DNA from: Calonectris borealis
Taxonomy: Eukaryota
Assembly (NCBI RefSeq): GCF_964195595.1
Contig: NW_027441456.1
Span: 744,127-808,126, forward strand
Direction: 5' to 3'
DNA length: 64,000 bases
Part shown: piece by piece, positions 43,877 through 55,100 of the stretch
Position numbering within the stretch: position 1 is the first letter of the stretch
How the letters are laid out: the number at the start of each line of letters is the position of its first letter
Program-made: the position numbers and the translations under genes
The notes under the pieces: generated by a model
Databases searched by the model: none
Told to the model about the DNA's origin: nothing
Seen by the model: the letters and a program-made list of their open reading frames with translations, nothing else

Positions 43877-44445
43877 TGAAATGTGTTCACTTGATTCGTG
43901 TCAATATGGAACAATGCTAGGGCCGCACGGTGAAGTGTGACCCTCTCTGTATATGATCTTTAACCATTTTGGTTGTTCTTGTATAACCGCAGGCTAATGG
44001 TTGCCGTAAAAAGAAGATCGTTCAAGTCATGGGGTTTGTTCCAGAGGGACTGTCCTGACGGTGCCTTGGTGGGTGTCTGCGGGGCCTCTGCCTCCTGGTT
44101 GGTTGGGTGGAGGAGCCCAATCTTTGAAATTAACTTTCAACTTTTGTTCTTGCCTCTTGCAAAAGCCACCTAAGGAACACTCTGGAACACCAGCTTAAAC
44201 CGGTTTTGTTGCTAACTGCATAGTGATAAGCAAAAGGGCATGCGCCGAAGAAGATACGCCATTCGTGGAATAGTTATGAATATGTATTAGCAGGCGGGAT
44301 AGAAACCGAAGGCGGGAACTGTACGGTGTGTGTCTTGGTAGCGCAGAGACTCCCGACGCACCCAGCGCTGTTTGCTTGCCTCTATGCGTTTAATAAATTG
44401 TAAACTTAAATTGGAATCCTGTTTGGGACTAAATCATTTATCACA
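43877..44445 (+). mobile_element. ERV 2 5' LTR (569 bp)
   Basis: Starts TGAAATGTGTTCAC, ends ...TTATCACA. AATAAA at 44,392-44,397. It differs from the 3' copy at ~6 substitutions plus a 2-bp indel. Confidence 0.9.
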
Positions 44446-44447
44446 AT

Positions 44448-44465
44448 TGGGGGCTCGTCCGGGAT
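44448..44465 (+). promoter_or_regulatory. Primer-binding site complementary to the 3' end of tRNA-Pro
   Basis: TGGGGGCTCGTCCGGGAT lies 2 nt after the LTR. It is identical to the classic MLV tRNA-Pro PBS. Confidence 0.9.
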
Positions 44466-44936
44466 GGTCTCGGTTCCTGAATTCTGACTTGATCTAGGAG
44501 GGGCGCCCCACCATTTGGTGGCTCCTGATCGGGTCGGGTCGGGACTAACACCATCCTGAACCTGAATAGGGGCAAGCAAAGAATTTAATTTTTTATGAGC
44601 TCCCTTGCCGGCTGCAGCAGTTTATTTTGCCTGTAATTCTGCGCGCGAAGATCCCAACGAAGATGACGGAGTCATAAGTATTTAAGGTGTATACCGTTCA
44701 GTTGGGTGGGATTCGGTTGCCTGTGTGTGTAAGAGTGTGACTGAGACGGAACCTCGTTCCGAAGCGATTGTGGAGGTCTTCTAACCGCGGTTCCAATCTC
44801 CCACGAGGGACTTGGCCGGTGAAGGACCGAAGCGATTCCTATAGGATTCGTGGGTGGGTGATAGGTCCTAAACCCCCTGCAAGACACTCTTACTGGTAAC
44901 CAAGGGCTGTAGGAATTGCCACAGTAAAATTCCTAG

Positions 44937-46432
44937 ATGGGTCAGACAGAACCGAAGACCCAGGACCAGAAGAAAGGGAGCAAATTACCAGACATACTAT
45001 CAGAAAGTCCATTAGGAATAATGATTAGAAATTGGAATGAAAGGGGCCCCAGAAAAGGAAAAAGTAAATTAAAATTGGTTCAATATTGTATGGTTGAATG
45101 GCCGAAGAAGCCTTTAAGACCACATGTCTTTTGGCCTGTTTTTGGATCTTTTGAAGACTGGATTTGCCAGGCCTTAAATATATATGTTAATTCAAAGGAA
45201 CCTTTTAGTCAGGAGGAAAGTGATTATGCAGGATTGTGGAGCAGAACTTCACGTCCTTTTTCAGCCTCAATACTTACATTAAAAACAGATGAAAAGTTTG
45301 AGGAAGAAGAAGGAGATAAAAACGAAAAGGGAAATGAAAAAGATGATAAATGGGAGCCACTGGATAACCTACCACCTCCATATCCTAACAATCCATCTCC
45401 GGCGGCGGCTCCCCCTCCGGTGGCCGTCGTACCTCCACCAGTACCACCGTTGCCCCTATCTCCACCACCAACAGCACCGGAATTAGATCGACCTCCGGCT
45501 GCATGCACGAGAAGTAGGACTGCTGTATCTGAGGGAGCTTCTCTATATCCCTTACGAGAAGTACCCCTCGGAGGCAATCAGGGAGGCATCGGCTTTGTGG
45601 CAGTTCCATTAAATACCACAGATGTAAGAAATTTCAAGAAAGAAATGGGGACCCTAATAGATGATCCCCTCGGAGCAGCTGAAAAACTGGACCAATTCCT
45701 AGGCCCTAATACCTATACCTGGGAAGAAATACAGTCCATTTTAGGGATCTTATTCACTGCTGAGGAAAGGGGAATGATTAGACAAGCTGGGATGAGAATT
45801 TGGGAAAGACAGAATCAGGCAGGACCCTGGGAGATCAGAAATGGCCAAATGTGGATCCCCACTGGGATCATCAACAACCCCAAGGAAGACGGAATATGAG
45901 GGATTTGAGAACGTTAATCATACAGGGAATAAGGGAAGCGGTTCCCTGAGGGCAAAACATTAATAAAGCATTTAATGAACAACAAGGGAAAGACGAATCT
46001 CCAACAGAATGGTTGGAGAGGTTGAGGAAAAACCTACAAATGTGTTCCGGAATTGATCCGAATACAGTGGCTGGGACTGCACTCCTTAGAACACAATTTG
46101 TAGCTAAATCCTGGGGGGATATAAGAAGGAAATTAGAAAAATTGGAAGACTGGCAAGAAAGAGGATTAGAGGAGTTACTTAGAGAAGCCCAGAAAGTCTA
46201 TGTTAGGAGGGACGAAGAAAAACAGAAAGCGAAAGCAAAAATTTTTGTAGCAGCAGTAAGAGAAAGTCAGAAAAATAAGACCCCGTCTGGAGAGAAAAGG
46301 GAAAAAAGAATAGAGCAGACACCCCGGGGACGGCCTTATCGAGAAAGATTTACAACTCCCGTCTGTTACTACTGTAACAAGAGGGGACATGTTCAGAAGA
46401 ACTGCCGTAAGCGGGAACAAGATGAGAAAATG
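44937..46432 (+). pseudogene. gag: ERV 2 gag (MA-p12-CA-NC), two frameshifts in CA
   Basis: MGQTEPK N-terminus (myristoylation-type). LPPPYP late domain. CA in frame 0 to the stop at 45,897. It continues in another frame (EGFENVNHTGNKGSGSLRAKH) to the TAA at 45,958, then in a third frame through the MHR-like region (NEQQGKDESPTEWLERL). NC knuckle CYYCNKRGHVQKNC at 46,364-46,405. Confidence 0.85.
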
Positions 46433-46804
46433 TTCAAAGATGAGGGGTGTCAGGGGCTATATCTTTTGGGGACTTCAACATCAACAGAGCCCTTGATAAA
46501 ATTATTAATTGGTCCCCATAAAGAGGAAGTTTTATTTTTAGTGGATACAGGGGCCGAAAAATCAACCATTCAAAAACTTCCAAAAGGAATAGAAAAAGGG
46601 AAGAGCTATATGTCAGTAGTAGGGGCAAAAGGAGAGCCTTTTAAAGTAAATATCTTGAAAGATGTAGACGTAGAAACAGAAAAGAAAATTTGTCTTAATG
46701 ATTTACTTTTGCTCCCTGAAGCGGAATACAATTTATTAGGAAGGGATTTGATTTTTGAAGTTAAACTTGAGCATTCAGAGTCAAGGGGACAAATTGCAGA
46801 TTAA
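46433..46804 (+). pseudogene. pro: ERV 2 protease, in the same open frame as NC (no gag terminator)
   Basis: LVDTGAEKS active site at ~46,541-46,567 within ORF 46013-46804. No stop codon between the NC knuckle and PR. Confidence 0.75.
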
Positions 46805-48218
46805 ATTACACACTTTAACACAAGAGGATGAAGAAGCTATTAACCCCTCAGTGTGGTATAAAGAAGGGGAAACTGGAAAGATAAAAATGGACCCCATTAG
46901 CGTTCAAATAATAGATCCGCACTGCCCAATTAGAATCAAGCAATACCCTATACCTATGGAGGGTCGAAAAGGATTAAAGCCTGTAGTTGACAGACTTTTG
47001 GAAAAAGGAACCCTAGAACCATGTACGTCACCTCATAACACGCCCATTCTCCCTGTAAAGAAACCGGACGGGTCATACAGGGTGGTGCAGGACCTAAGAG
47101 CTGTAAATCAGCAAACAATCACTAAATTCCCTGTGGTGGCAAATCCTTATACTTTATTGAGTCATATATCTCCCAAACATACTTGGTATAGTGTAATAGA
47201 TTTGAAAGATGCTTTTTGGGCCTGTCCTCTGGATGAGGGATCCAGAGATTATTTTGCCTTTGAGTGGGAGGACCCCGAAACGGGACGAAAACAACAATTA
47301 AGATGGACTGTGTTACCACAGGAGTTTACGGAGTTACCAAATCTATTTGGACAAACTTTAGAGAAAATCTTACAAGATTTCACAATACCCAAGGAGGTAA
47401 AATTATTGCAATATGTGGACGATTTATTAGTAGCAGGAGAAACCGAAGAGGGGACCCGAAAAGCCACCATTAAATTGTTAAATTTTCTAGGGGAGAAGGG
47501 ATTAAAGGTGTCCCGATCAAAGCTACAGTTTGTAGAACAGGAAGTAAAATACTTAGGACATTGGCTGAGTAAGGGAAGGAAGAAGTTAGATCCTGACAGG
47601 GTATCTGGGATTCTATCCTTAACACTCCCACAAACTAAAAGGAAATTAGGCAAATATTGGGATTATTAGGATATTGTAGACCATGGCTTGAAAATTATAG
47701 TGAAAAGGTAAAATTCCTATATGAAAAATTAACTAATAACCAACTCAAGTGGTTTACTGAAGATGATCAGAGATTCGAGGAAGTAAAAAAGGCATTAATA
47801 CAGGCACCTGTATTGAGCCTCCCAGATCTAGAAAAGCCTTTCTATCTCTTTGTGAATACATCAAGCCAGACAGCATAGGGAGTCCTTACTCGACTGGGCA
47901 GGAATTAAAAAACCCGTGGGGTATTGTTCTAAGTTACTTGATCCAGTAAGCAGAGGACGGCCTGCTTGTCTCCAAGCTTTGGTTGCTACAGCATTATTAA
48001 TAGAGGAGGTTAGGAAGATTACCTTTAGTGCTCCTCTAAAGGTGTATACCCCACACAATGTCAGAAATGTTTTACAACAGAAAGCGGAAAAATGGTTGAC
48101 AGACAGCCGGATCCTAAAGTATGAAGCAATACTAATAGACTCCCCTGACTTAGAACTGAGGGTGACTTCTGCTCAGAGTCCAGCACAATTTTTGTTTGGA
48201 GAACCATCGGAGGAATGA
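46755..48218 (+). pseudogene. pol: ERV 2 reverse transcriptase (polymerase plus connection), spread over three frames
   Basis: LPQEFTELPNLFG. YVDDLLVA at 47,412-47,435. The frame changes at about 47,660 and about 47,900. Confidence 0.85.
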
Positions 48219-48257
48219 CAACATAACTGTTTAGAGGTAATTGAGACCCAGACTAAG

Positions 48258-48944
48258 GTGAGGCCAGATTTAAGAGATACCGAGTTGGAAAATGGAGAAG
48301 CGCTGTTTATAGATGGCTCCTCCCGAGTGGTGGAAGGGAAGAGAAAATCGGGATATGCAATAATTAATAAGGACTTAGAACTTGTGGAATCAGGACCTCT
48401 GAGTCCATCATGGTCAGCTCAGGCTTGTGAGCTGTATGCCCTATGTAGGGCCCTGGAATTATTAAAAGGAAAAAGCGGGACTATATTTACGGATTCTAAA
48501 TACGCGTATGGGGTGGTTCACACTTTTGGAAAAATTTGGGAAGAAAGAGGTTTGATTAATACTCAAGGGAGGAATCTAATACATCAAGAATTAATAGTAA
48601 AAGTTTTAAAAGCATTAAGAGAACCAAAGGAGATAGCAGTAGTACATGTGAGGGGACACCAAAAGGGAGTAGATTACCGAACCAGAGGAAATAACTTAGC
48701 AGATAAAGAGGCCCAGGAAGCAGCCCTGAGGACTAAAGTTGCTAAAATTAATGCAGTACAAACAAAGGAGGACACCAGCGAAGAAGAACGAGAGGAAAGA
48801 GAGAAGAAGTTTACCCCTGAAGAACAAACAAAATTGGAGAAAATAGGAGCTGAATTAGAACGAGGAAAATGGACACTGCCCGATGGGCGAGAAATGTTGC
48901 CAAAAGCCTACGCCAGGCAAATATTGGACAAAGGCGCTAAGTGA
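48258..48944 (+). pseudogene. pol: ERV 2 RNase H domain
   Basis: ALFIDGSS...YAIIN...GTIFTDSKYAYGVVH...VVHVRGHQKG...NNLADKEA. Confidence 0.8.
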
Positions 48945-49932
48945 TCATTTCCTTAAACAATTTGGTTGTATTGGAATTTTTGAAATAGCAAAGCAAATTA
49001 CACAAGGTTGCTTAACTTGTCAAAAGGTAAATAAGAAAGTGTTTCGACAAGTGGCCACGGGAGGGAGAAAAACAGCTTACAGACCTTTCGAGAAAGTACA
49101 AGTCGATTTCACTGAATTGCCTAAAGTAGGGAGAATAAAATACTTATTGGTAATAGTAGATCATTTAACACAATGGGTAGAAGCTTACCCTGTAGCACGA
49201 GCTACGGCACAGATGGTGGTAAAAATTTTATTGGAACATTTGATACCTAGATATGGGATAATCCAGTACATTGATTCTGACCAGGGCACACATTTTACTT
49301 CTAAAATAATAAAACTATTATGTCAATCATTAGGTATTCAGTGGGAATACCACACTCCGTGGCACCCACAAAGCTCGCGGAAGGTAGAAAGAATGAATCA
49401 AACAATAAAACAACAATTAGCTAAATTGATGATTGAGACACAAATGCCCTGGACGAAATGCTTACCATTGGCACTTGTAAACATAAGAACTAAACCACAT
49501 AGTGAGACTGGATTATCGCCATATGAAATGTTATATGGCATGCCTTATTTTCAAGGAATGCCTCTGGGGAACAATGTAATCGAGGATCATAGTATCCAAA
49601 AATATATAATTACCATTGGAAAAAGATTAAAAGAATTAAGAGAGATTGGGATGGTGGCCCAACCACCACCTTTAGGATTTGCAATTCATCAGTTAGAACC
49701 AGGAGATAAAGTTCTAATAAAAACATGGAAAGAAGGAAATCTCTTTCCCCTCTGGGAAGGACCTTTTCTTGTTTTATTAACTACAGAAACAGCTGTGAGA
49801 ACTGCCGAAAAAGGATGGACACACGTGTCGCGAGTGAAAGGTCCAGTGAAGGAGTGGAGAGTCACATCTGAACCCAGAGAAACTAAGCTAACCATCAGAC
49901 GAACTTGCAGAGGCCTTAATCAAAGAGTATAA
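48883..49932 (+). pseudogene. pol: ERV 2 integrase
   Basis: Zinc finger ...CLTCQKVN. Core QVDFTEL, IDSDQGTHFTS, ...E. 349-aa ORF, frameshifted relative to RNase H. Confidence 0.85.
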
Positions 49933-50007
49933 GCTAAGTTGCTGTGGGAATTTTATTGTGACTACTCCTGTAGAATTGGTGAACGGAGAGACTCATTTTA
50001 TCATTAA

Positions 50008-51559
50008 ATGGAAACAGGAGTGAAATATGAAATTCCCACAGTTGCTAAAAATCTATTTGTCTCATTGAATATAACTAATTGTTATGTTGGTGGTGGAACA
50101 AATCAAGGTGAACGATGGCCATGGGAAGCTATGGAGAGCAACATAAATGATCCCCAAGTTTGGAAAACAATGGGAAAGGGTAATAGGAAACAACAATGGG
50201 TACTCCAAACGAGTATAATTGGAAGGAGTTGTTGGCAAAATCTAAAAGAAAATGGAAGACAAGTGGGTAACCTGGAGTGTGAAGAAGGTTATTTACCGTA
50301 TGCTATGATCCAAAAGAATCAATATTGGGTGGAAATGAAGACAAATCCGGGAAGACTAATGGGAACAAGTAAGGTTATAGCCCATTTGAGTACATCCGTG
50401 TCGGTAATTTTTGATGCATGCGATAGTATAGATGCAACCAAAATATTTATGTCCCAGAACTAAGGAGACACCCTATTGCTATAACTGTGATACAGAATAT
50501 TTTGCCAGAAGTTACGATTTTTGTGGAAAAACCGGGTGGGGTTGTGTCTGTTGGAGTACAGAATCTAGTTGGGGTTTACCCCAGAAGTGTAAATGAATAA
50601 TCAATTTAAGAATTGGACCAATGGAACGTATATACCAAATGGTTGGCCAACTCCTGAAGGACATTATTGGATTTGTGGCAGACTAGCATATGCATATTTG
50701 CCAAAGAATTGGACAGGATCTTGTGTATTAGGGACTATAAGACCTAGTTTTTTCCTGTTACGCATAAATCGGGGAGAGCGACTAGGAGTCCAAGTGTATA
50801 CTGAAGCTGATGAGTTAAGGAAAAGACGCCATAAACGGAGCCTGCAAATTGGACATTGGAAAAATAACAAATGGCCCCCTGAGAGAATCATTGCCTATTA
50901 TGATCCAGCCACATGGGCAGAAGACGGATCCTGGGGCTACAGGACCCCAATCTATATGCTTAATAGAATAATTAGGTTACAAGCTGTAGTAGAAACAATT
51001 GTAAATAAAACTGGAGATGCACTTGGATTAATAGCAAAACAAATCACCAAGATGAGAACTGCTTTGTATCAGAATCGTTTAGCTTTGGATTATTTGCTAG
51101 CACAAGAAGGGGGTGTTTGTGGAAAATTTAATCTTAGTAATTGTTGTTTAGAAATTGATGATGAGGGAAAAGCTGTAGATGAGCTTGTAAAAGAGATGAA
51201 GAAAATTGCACGTCTCAGTTCAAACCTGGAACGGAATCAATCTAGGAGGATTATGGGGGGACTTTATGGGCGGTGATTGGCTTACTAAAATCAGGATAGT
51301 TGTGTTGGGGATATGTGGAGGATTGTTAATAATTCCATGTTTAATACCTTGTTTCACTAGACTAATACACTGGGTTATACAAGGAATGCAGATATCTGCA
51401 GTACCTATTGATCCAGAACCAGGGAAAGAGAAAACCCATTCCCTGATGATAATAAAAACAAAAGGAGATCCGAAATTGATACCAATTCGGCAAGTATTGA
51501 CTGGATTGGAAACAACAACACGAATCGATACTATAAAAAAAGAAGATGAGGGATTGTGA
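50008..51559 (+). pseudogene. env: ERV 2 env (SU-TM) in three ORF pieces
   Basis: SU pieces 50008-50463 and 50593-50838 (glycosylation sequons, YWICGR). Furin site RKRRHKR at 50,818-50,838. TM carries ISD-like [27 protein letters not shown]. Membrane anchor IVVLGICGGLLIIPCLIPCF in ORF 51206-51559. Confidence 0.8.
51535..51556 (+). promoter_or_regulatory. ERV 2 polypurine tract
   Basis: AAAAAAAGAAGATGAGGGATTG lies directly 5' of the 3' LTR. Confidence 0.6.
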
Positions 51560-52127
51560 AATGTGTTCACTTGATTCGTGTCAATATGGAACAATGCTAG
51601 GGCCGCACGGTGAAGTGTGACCCTCTCTGTATATGTAATCTTTAACCATTTTGGTTGTTCTTGTATAACCGCAGGCTAATGGTTGCCGTAAAAAGAAGAT
51701 CGTTCAAGTCATGGGGTTTGTTCCAGAGGGACTGTCCTGACGGTGCCTTGGTGGGTGTCTGCGGGGCCTCTGCCTCCTGGTTGGTTGGGTGGAGGAGCCC
51801 AATCGTTGAAATTAACTTTCAACTTTTGTTCTTGCCTCTTGCAAAAGCCACCTAAGGAACATTCTGGAACACCAGCTTAAACCGGTTTTGTTGCTAACTG
51901 CATAGTGATAAGCAAGAGGGCATGCGCCGAAGAAGATACACCATTCGTGGAATAGTTATGAATATGTATTAGCAGGCGGGATAGAAACCGAAGGCGGGAA
52001 CTGTACGGTGTGTGTCTTGGTAGCGCAGAGACTCCCGACGCACCCAGCGCTGTTTGCTTGCCTCTTTTCGTTTAATAAATTGTAAACTTAAATTGGAATC
52101 CTGTTTGGGACTAAATCATTTATCACA
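51557..52127 (+). mobile_element. ERV 2 3' LTR (571 bp)
   Basis: Same sequence as 43,877-44,445, about 99% identical. Confidence 0.9.
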
Positions 52128-52132
52128 GAGAC
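52128..52132. repeat. Target-site duplication GAGAC (3' copy) of ERV 2
   Basis: GAGAC directly follows the terminal CA of the 3' LTR. Confidence 0.75.
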
Positions 52133-55100
52133 CTTTAAAAAAAAGTCACAACCGACTTAAGAAATGAAGTTAACCAAACCCCCTCCAAAGAAAAACTCCA
52201 ATAATATTAATAGGATTTCAACCTACCATGGTCTACATTGTCATGCAGTATCACCCACACAGTAATTTCTAGAGTGTCTCAGTCTATACTAGACCGGAGA
52301 TTCCGAAGATTTTTTTTTAATGTCTACACAACATGGAAAAAACATAGCAAATTCCTATGTACTGAGTGTGATTCCCTTGACAAAAAGAAGTGGCACTTGC
52401 AAAGGTAACCTGGAATTAGAAAAAATATTGTTTTAAAAGTTTCTTTAACTTTATGGATAAGGAACAACCGACCAGTGCTGTCATTCCCTTGCATACAAAG
52501 CATACTGTAACTTTTTTTTTTAAGCCTTGAAAAAGAAATTAATTCCAGGCTTTGAGCAGAGAACTCATTGGGCAACTGGACAGCTGAGTTGTTGTTTGAC
52601 CTCATCTAAAAGCCTTTAGAGAAATAAAGGCTTAAAAAAATTTTTAGAGGCATTTGAGCATTAAAATACACATTCTCTCCTTGAAATTCCCTGTAAGAGG
52701 TCTACCAAAACGTATTGTGTCCAGGTCTATCTTACTCACACGAACATGAATAGGTTGGACAAAACTAACCTGCCTGCCTTTAAAACTGTTTGAAACAACT
52801 TTAGACCTTCTTTAAGCATAAGTATAGAGACTATTAAAGTCTTCTTCCCCTTTGGAATTATCTTTTACTGTGTATTTGAACTGGAACATCACCCAGTCTC
52901 AACCAGAGTGTGAGATGTAAAGAGGCAATTTTAGGGCTCCTGTGAAGACAGGACTCCATCTTTCAGAAAACAAGTGTTTGCCATGGCTAGTTTTATTCTT
53001 AATTGCCAACACTATGACATGTCATTGTTGTCTTAAAAGTTATGACGGCAGGATTTCAACCCAGCAAATATAGGATCAACACTGTAACAAGTCACTGTCC
53101 TGTAGAGACTTTCTCTAGAGCACTTAATAGTAGCAAGCTTCACCATACATACACACTCAAGGCATGCTTCATTCCAAAGATCAGTGAAATCTTGTCTAAG
53201 GGACTTCAATAAATGAAGATATTTATATATACACTTAATGAAATAATAACTTTTGTTTTCACTGGTATTAAGTACTATCAGAAGCAAAAGCTTGTGTCTC
53301 AGTATGTAAAAGTGATGTCAAACATGAATGGGAAAAATACACAGCTGTGTGGCATTAAGTGCATAGCTTAAGTAGGGCATTTTTCATATTCTTTTGAAGT
53401 ACAGTGATGTTTGTATGAAGACAGATGATGGCTAACAGTTGATATCACAGGAATACAAAAATGAAACCATTCACACTCTTGCTTTGACTTGAATATTCAG
53501 AAAAAAATCCGAAGACCCATACATTTAGATACAGATTAGAAAGGTTTCTACACCTCTTCCATACAACCAAAGAAGACGTTACACTCAGATTATTAGAACA
53601 AGCCTGTTCCATACAATTTACAAGGTGACAAAGCCCATGGTAAAGCTATTGCTTTACTGTAGTAATGTAAACACATTTCAAAGAAGAATATGCTAATGGT
53701 TTCAGAGATAACTTCCTAGCAGTAAACCCAAAGCAACAGGGCATATCAACCTTTTCTCTCTACAAGGCAGCTCAGGCTGTACATTTGTTCTTGAAGGACA
53801 TCTTCTGGCTTACAAAAGACAGGATTGACGGTCTTCATTTGTTCTTCTCCTAATAAAGACAGTCCAGCAATTCCAAGTAAGGTGTGAAATGGAGCCTCCT
53901 GGGAGAAGAAAACAAGCTTGTGTTCACCTCCAAAAGCCACCCGGCTTTCATTTGCACGGGATGAAGCTTTTGTTTCTCAGCAAGAGAACTGCAAACCTCC
54001 GTGGCTGAAGATGATGCTCCAACTGAACAAACTTTTATTTGTCTTGCCTGTCAACACAACGTCAGAGCAATTTCTGTGGCATGCATTTACAACACTGTGA
54101 TTTACTCAGAGATGCCTGTAGATTGTTTGCTGCTAAGACAATTTTCAACTCTGCATTCAGCAGGAAGCGTTCATGTCCCCAATAACACATAATGGCATCA
54201 GACAGCAGAAGCAAATATAACAAAGCCTGAAAAGGTAAATTTGATCACTCCAAGTGCCTCTTCCATAACTGCCCCATTTGCTCTTCAGCAACAATACAAT
54301 GCTCTTTAATGGTCTCTGAATACAGAGCTTTGCTGTAAAATCTTAAGAGGGGAGCAGCAACATACTGTGCTATAAAACTGAAAGGAAAAAAAAAAAACAA
54401 GAAAAAAAAAGCAAAGAGACAGCAGCAGTTATCTAGTATCCAAGTATTCCTTCACTGCATGAACTTTCCCCAGAAGCATCTATCATCACACAACTGCAAG
54501 AGGATATTTAAAGTCTCATGACATGAGCATCCCTTCAGTGGAGTTAATTAGGCATTCTACAAAATCCTATCCAAAGTTACCCACAGGGTCTGCCGCAGGG
54601 TACATCCTGTTTGTGTAAGTGGAACTTCTGGATCTTATCACAAAAGTTTATATTGCAGCAAACTGAGGGGAATTATCATGTTACAACCACGCATAGGAGC
54701 CCCAACCACTGAGCACAGCCTAGAAGTTAAAACTACACTAGCATAACAAATCCTGCTCCTTGGTGGTTTGGCAAACACATTCCAGGTATGGTCAAAGCAC
54801 ACAGGTGTATACGTTATTCATTGCAGACTCAGCCTCTTGATGAACAGTATGTATTTTCAGGGAAGCCTGAATGCCCAGAAGATGTATCTACTGCCATGTC
54901 ATCCTCTGCTCCTTTCTGCAATTCTTTAAAAGCAAATACAAAAGGAAAAACCTGCTAACAAGCACAACTACTATACTAGGTCCCAAGCAACTAGTTCTTG
55001 ATAACTTAAGAAAAAGACAGAAAAATCTTTATAAGTCAAGTGGTTCAAAACCTGAAATACAGTCACAATGTCAAATCAAGAGACGACAGTCTAAAACTAA

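Larger units (their letters stand above)
43877..52127 (+). mobile_element. Near full-length gammaretrovirus-like (class I) endogenous retrovirus, LTR-gag-pro-pol-env-LTR, multiple frameshifts
   Basis: Two 569/571-bp direct repeats (TG...CA). tRNA-Pro PBS. Gag with MGQ start, PPPY and one CCHC knuckle. PR DTGA. RT YVDDLLVA. RNase H. IN HHCC/DDE. Env with a furin site and CX7CC. PPT before the 3' LTR. Confidence 0.95.

Noticed and set aside
44672-44887. 71-aa minus-strand ORF in the ERV 2 leader
   Set aside because: It lies antisense within the retroviral 5' leader between the PBS and the gag ATG. It is a chance ORF.
45224-45609. Minus-strand ORFs antisense to ERV 2 gag (117 aa, 74 aa)
   Set aside because: They are antisense to the proline-rich p12 region. 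The low-complexity translation is an artefact.
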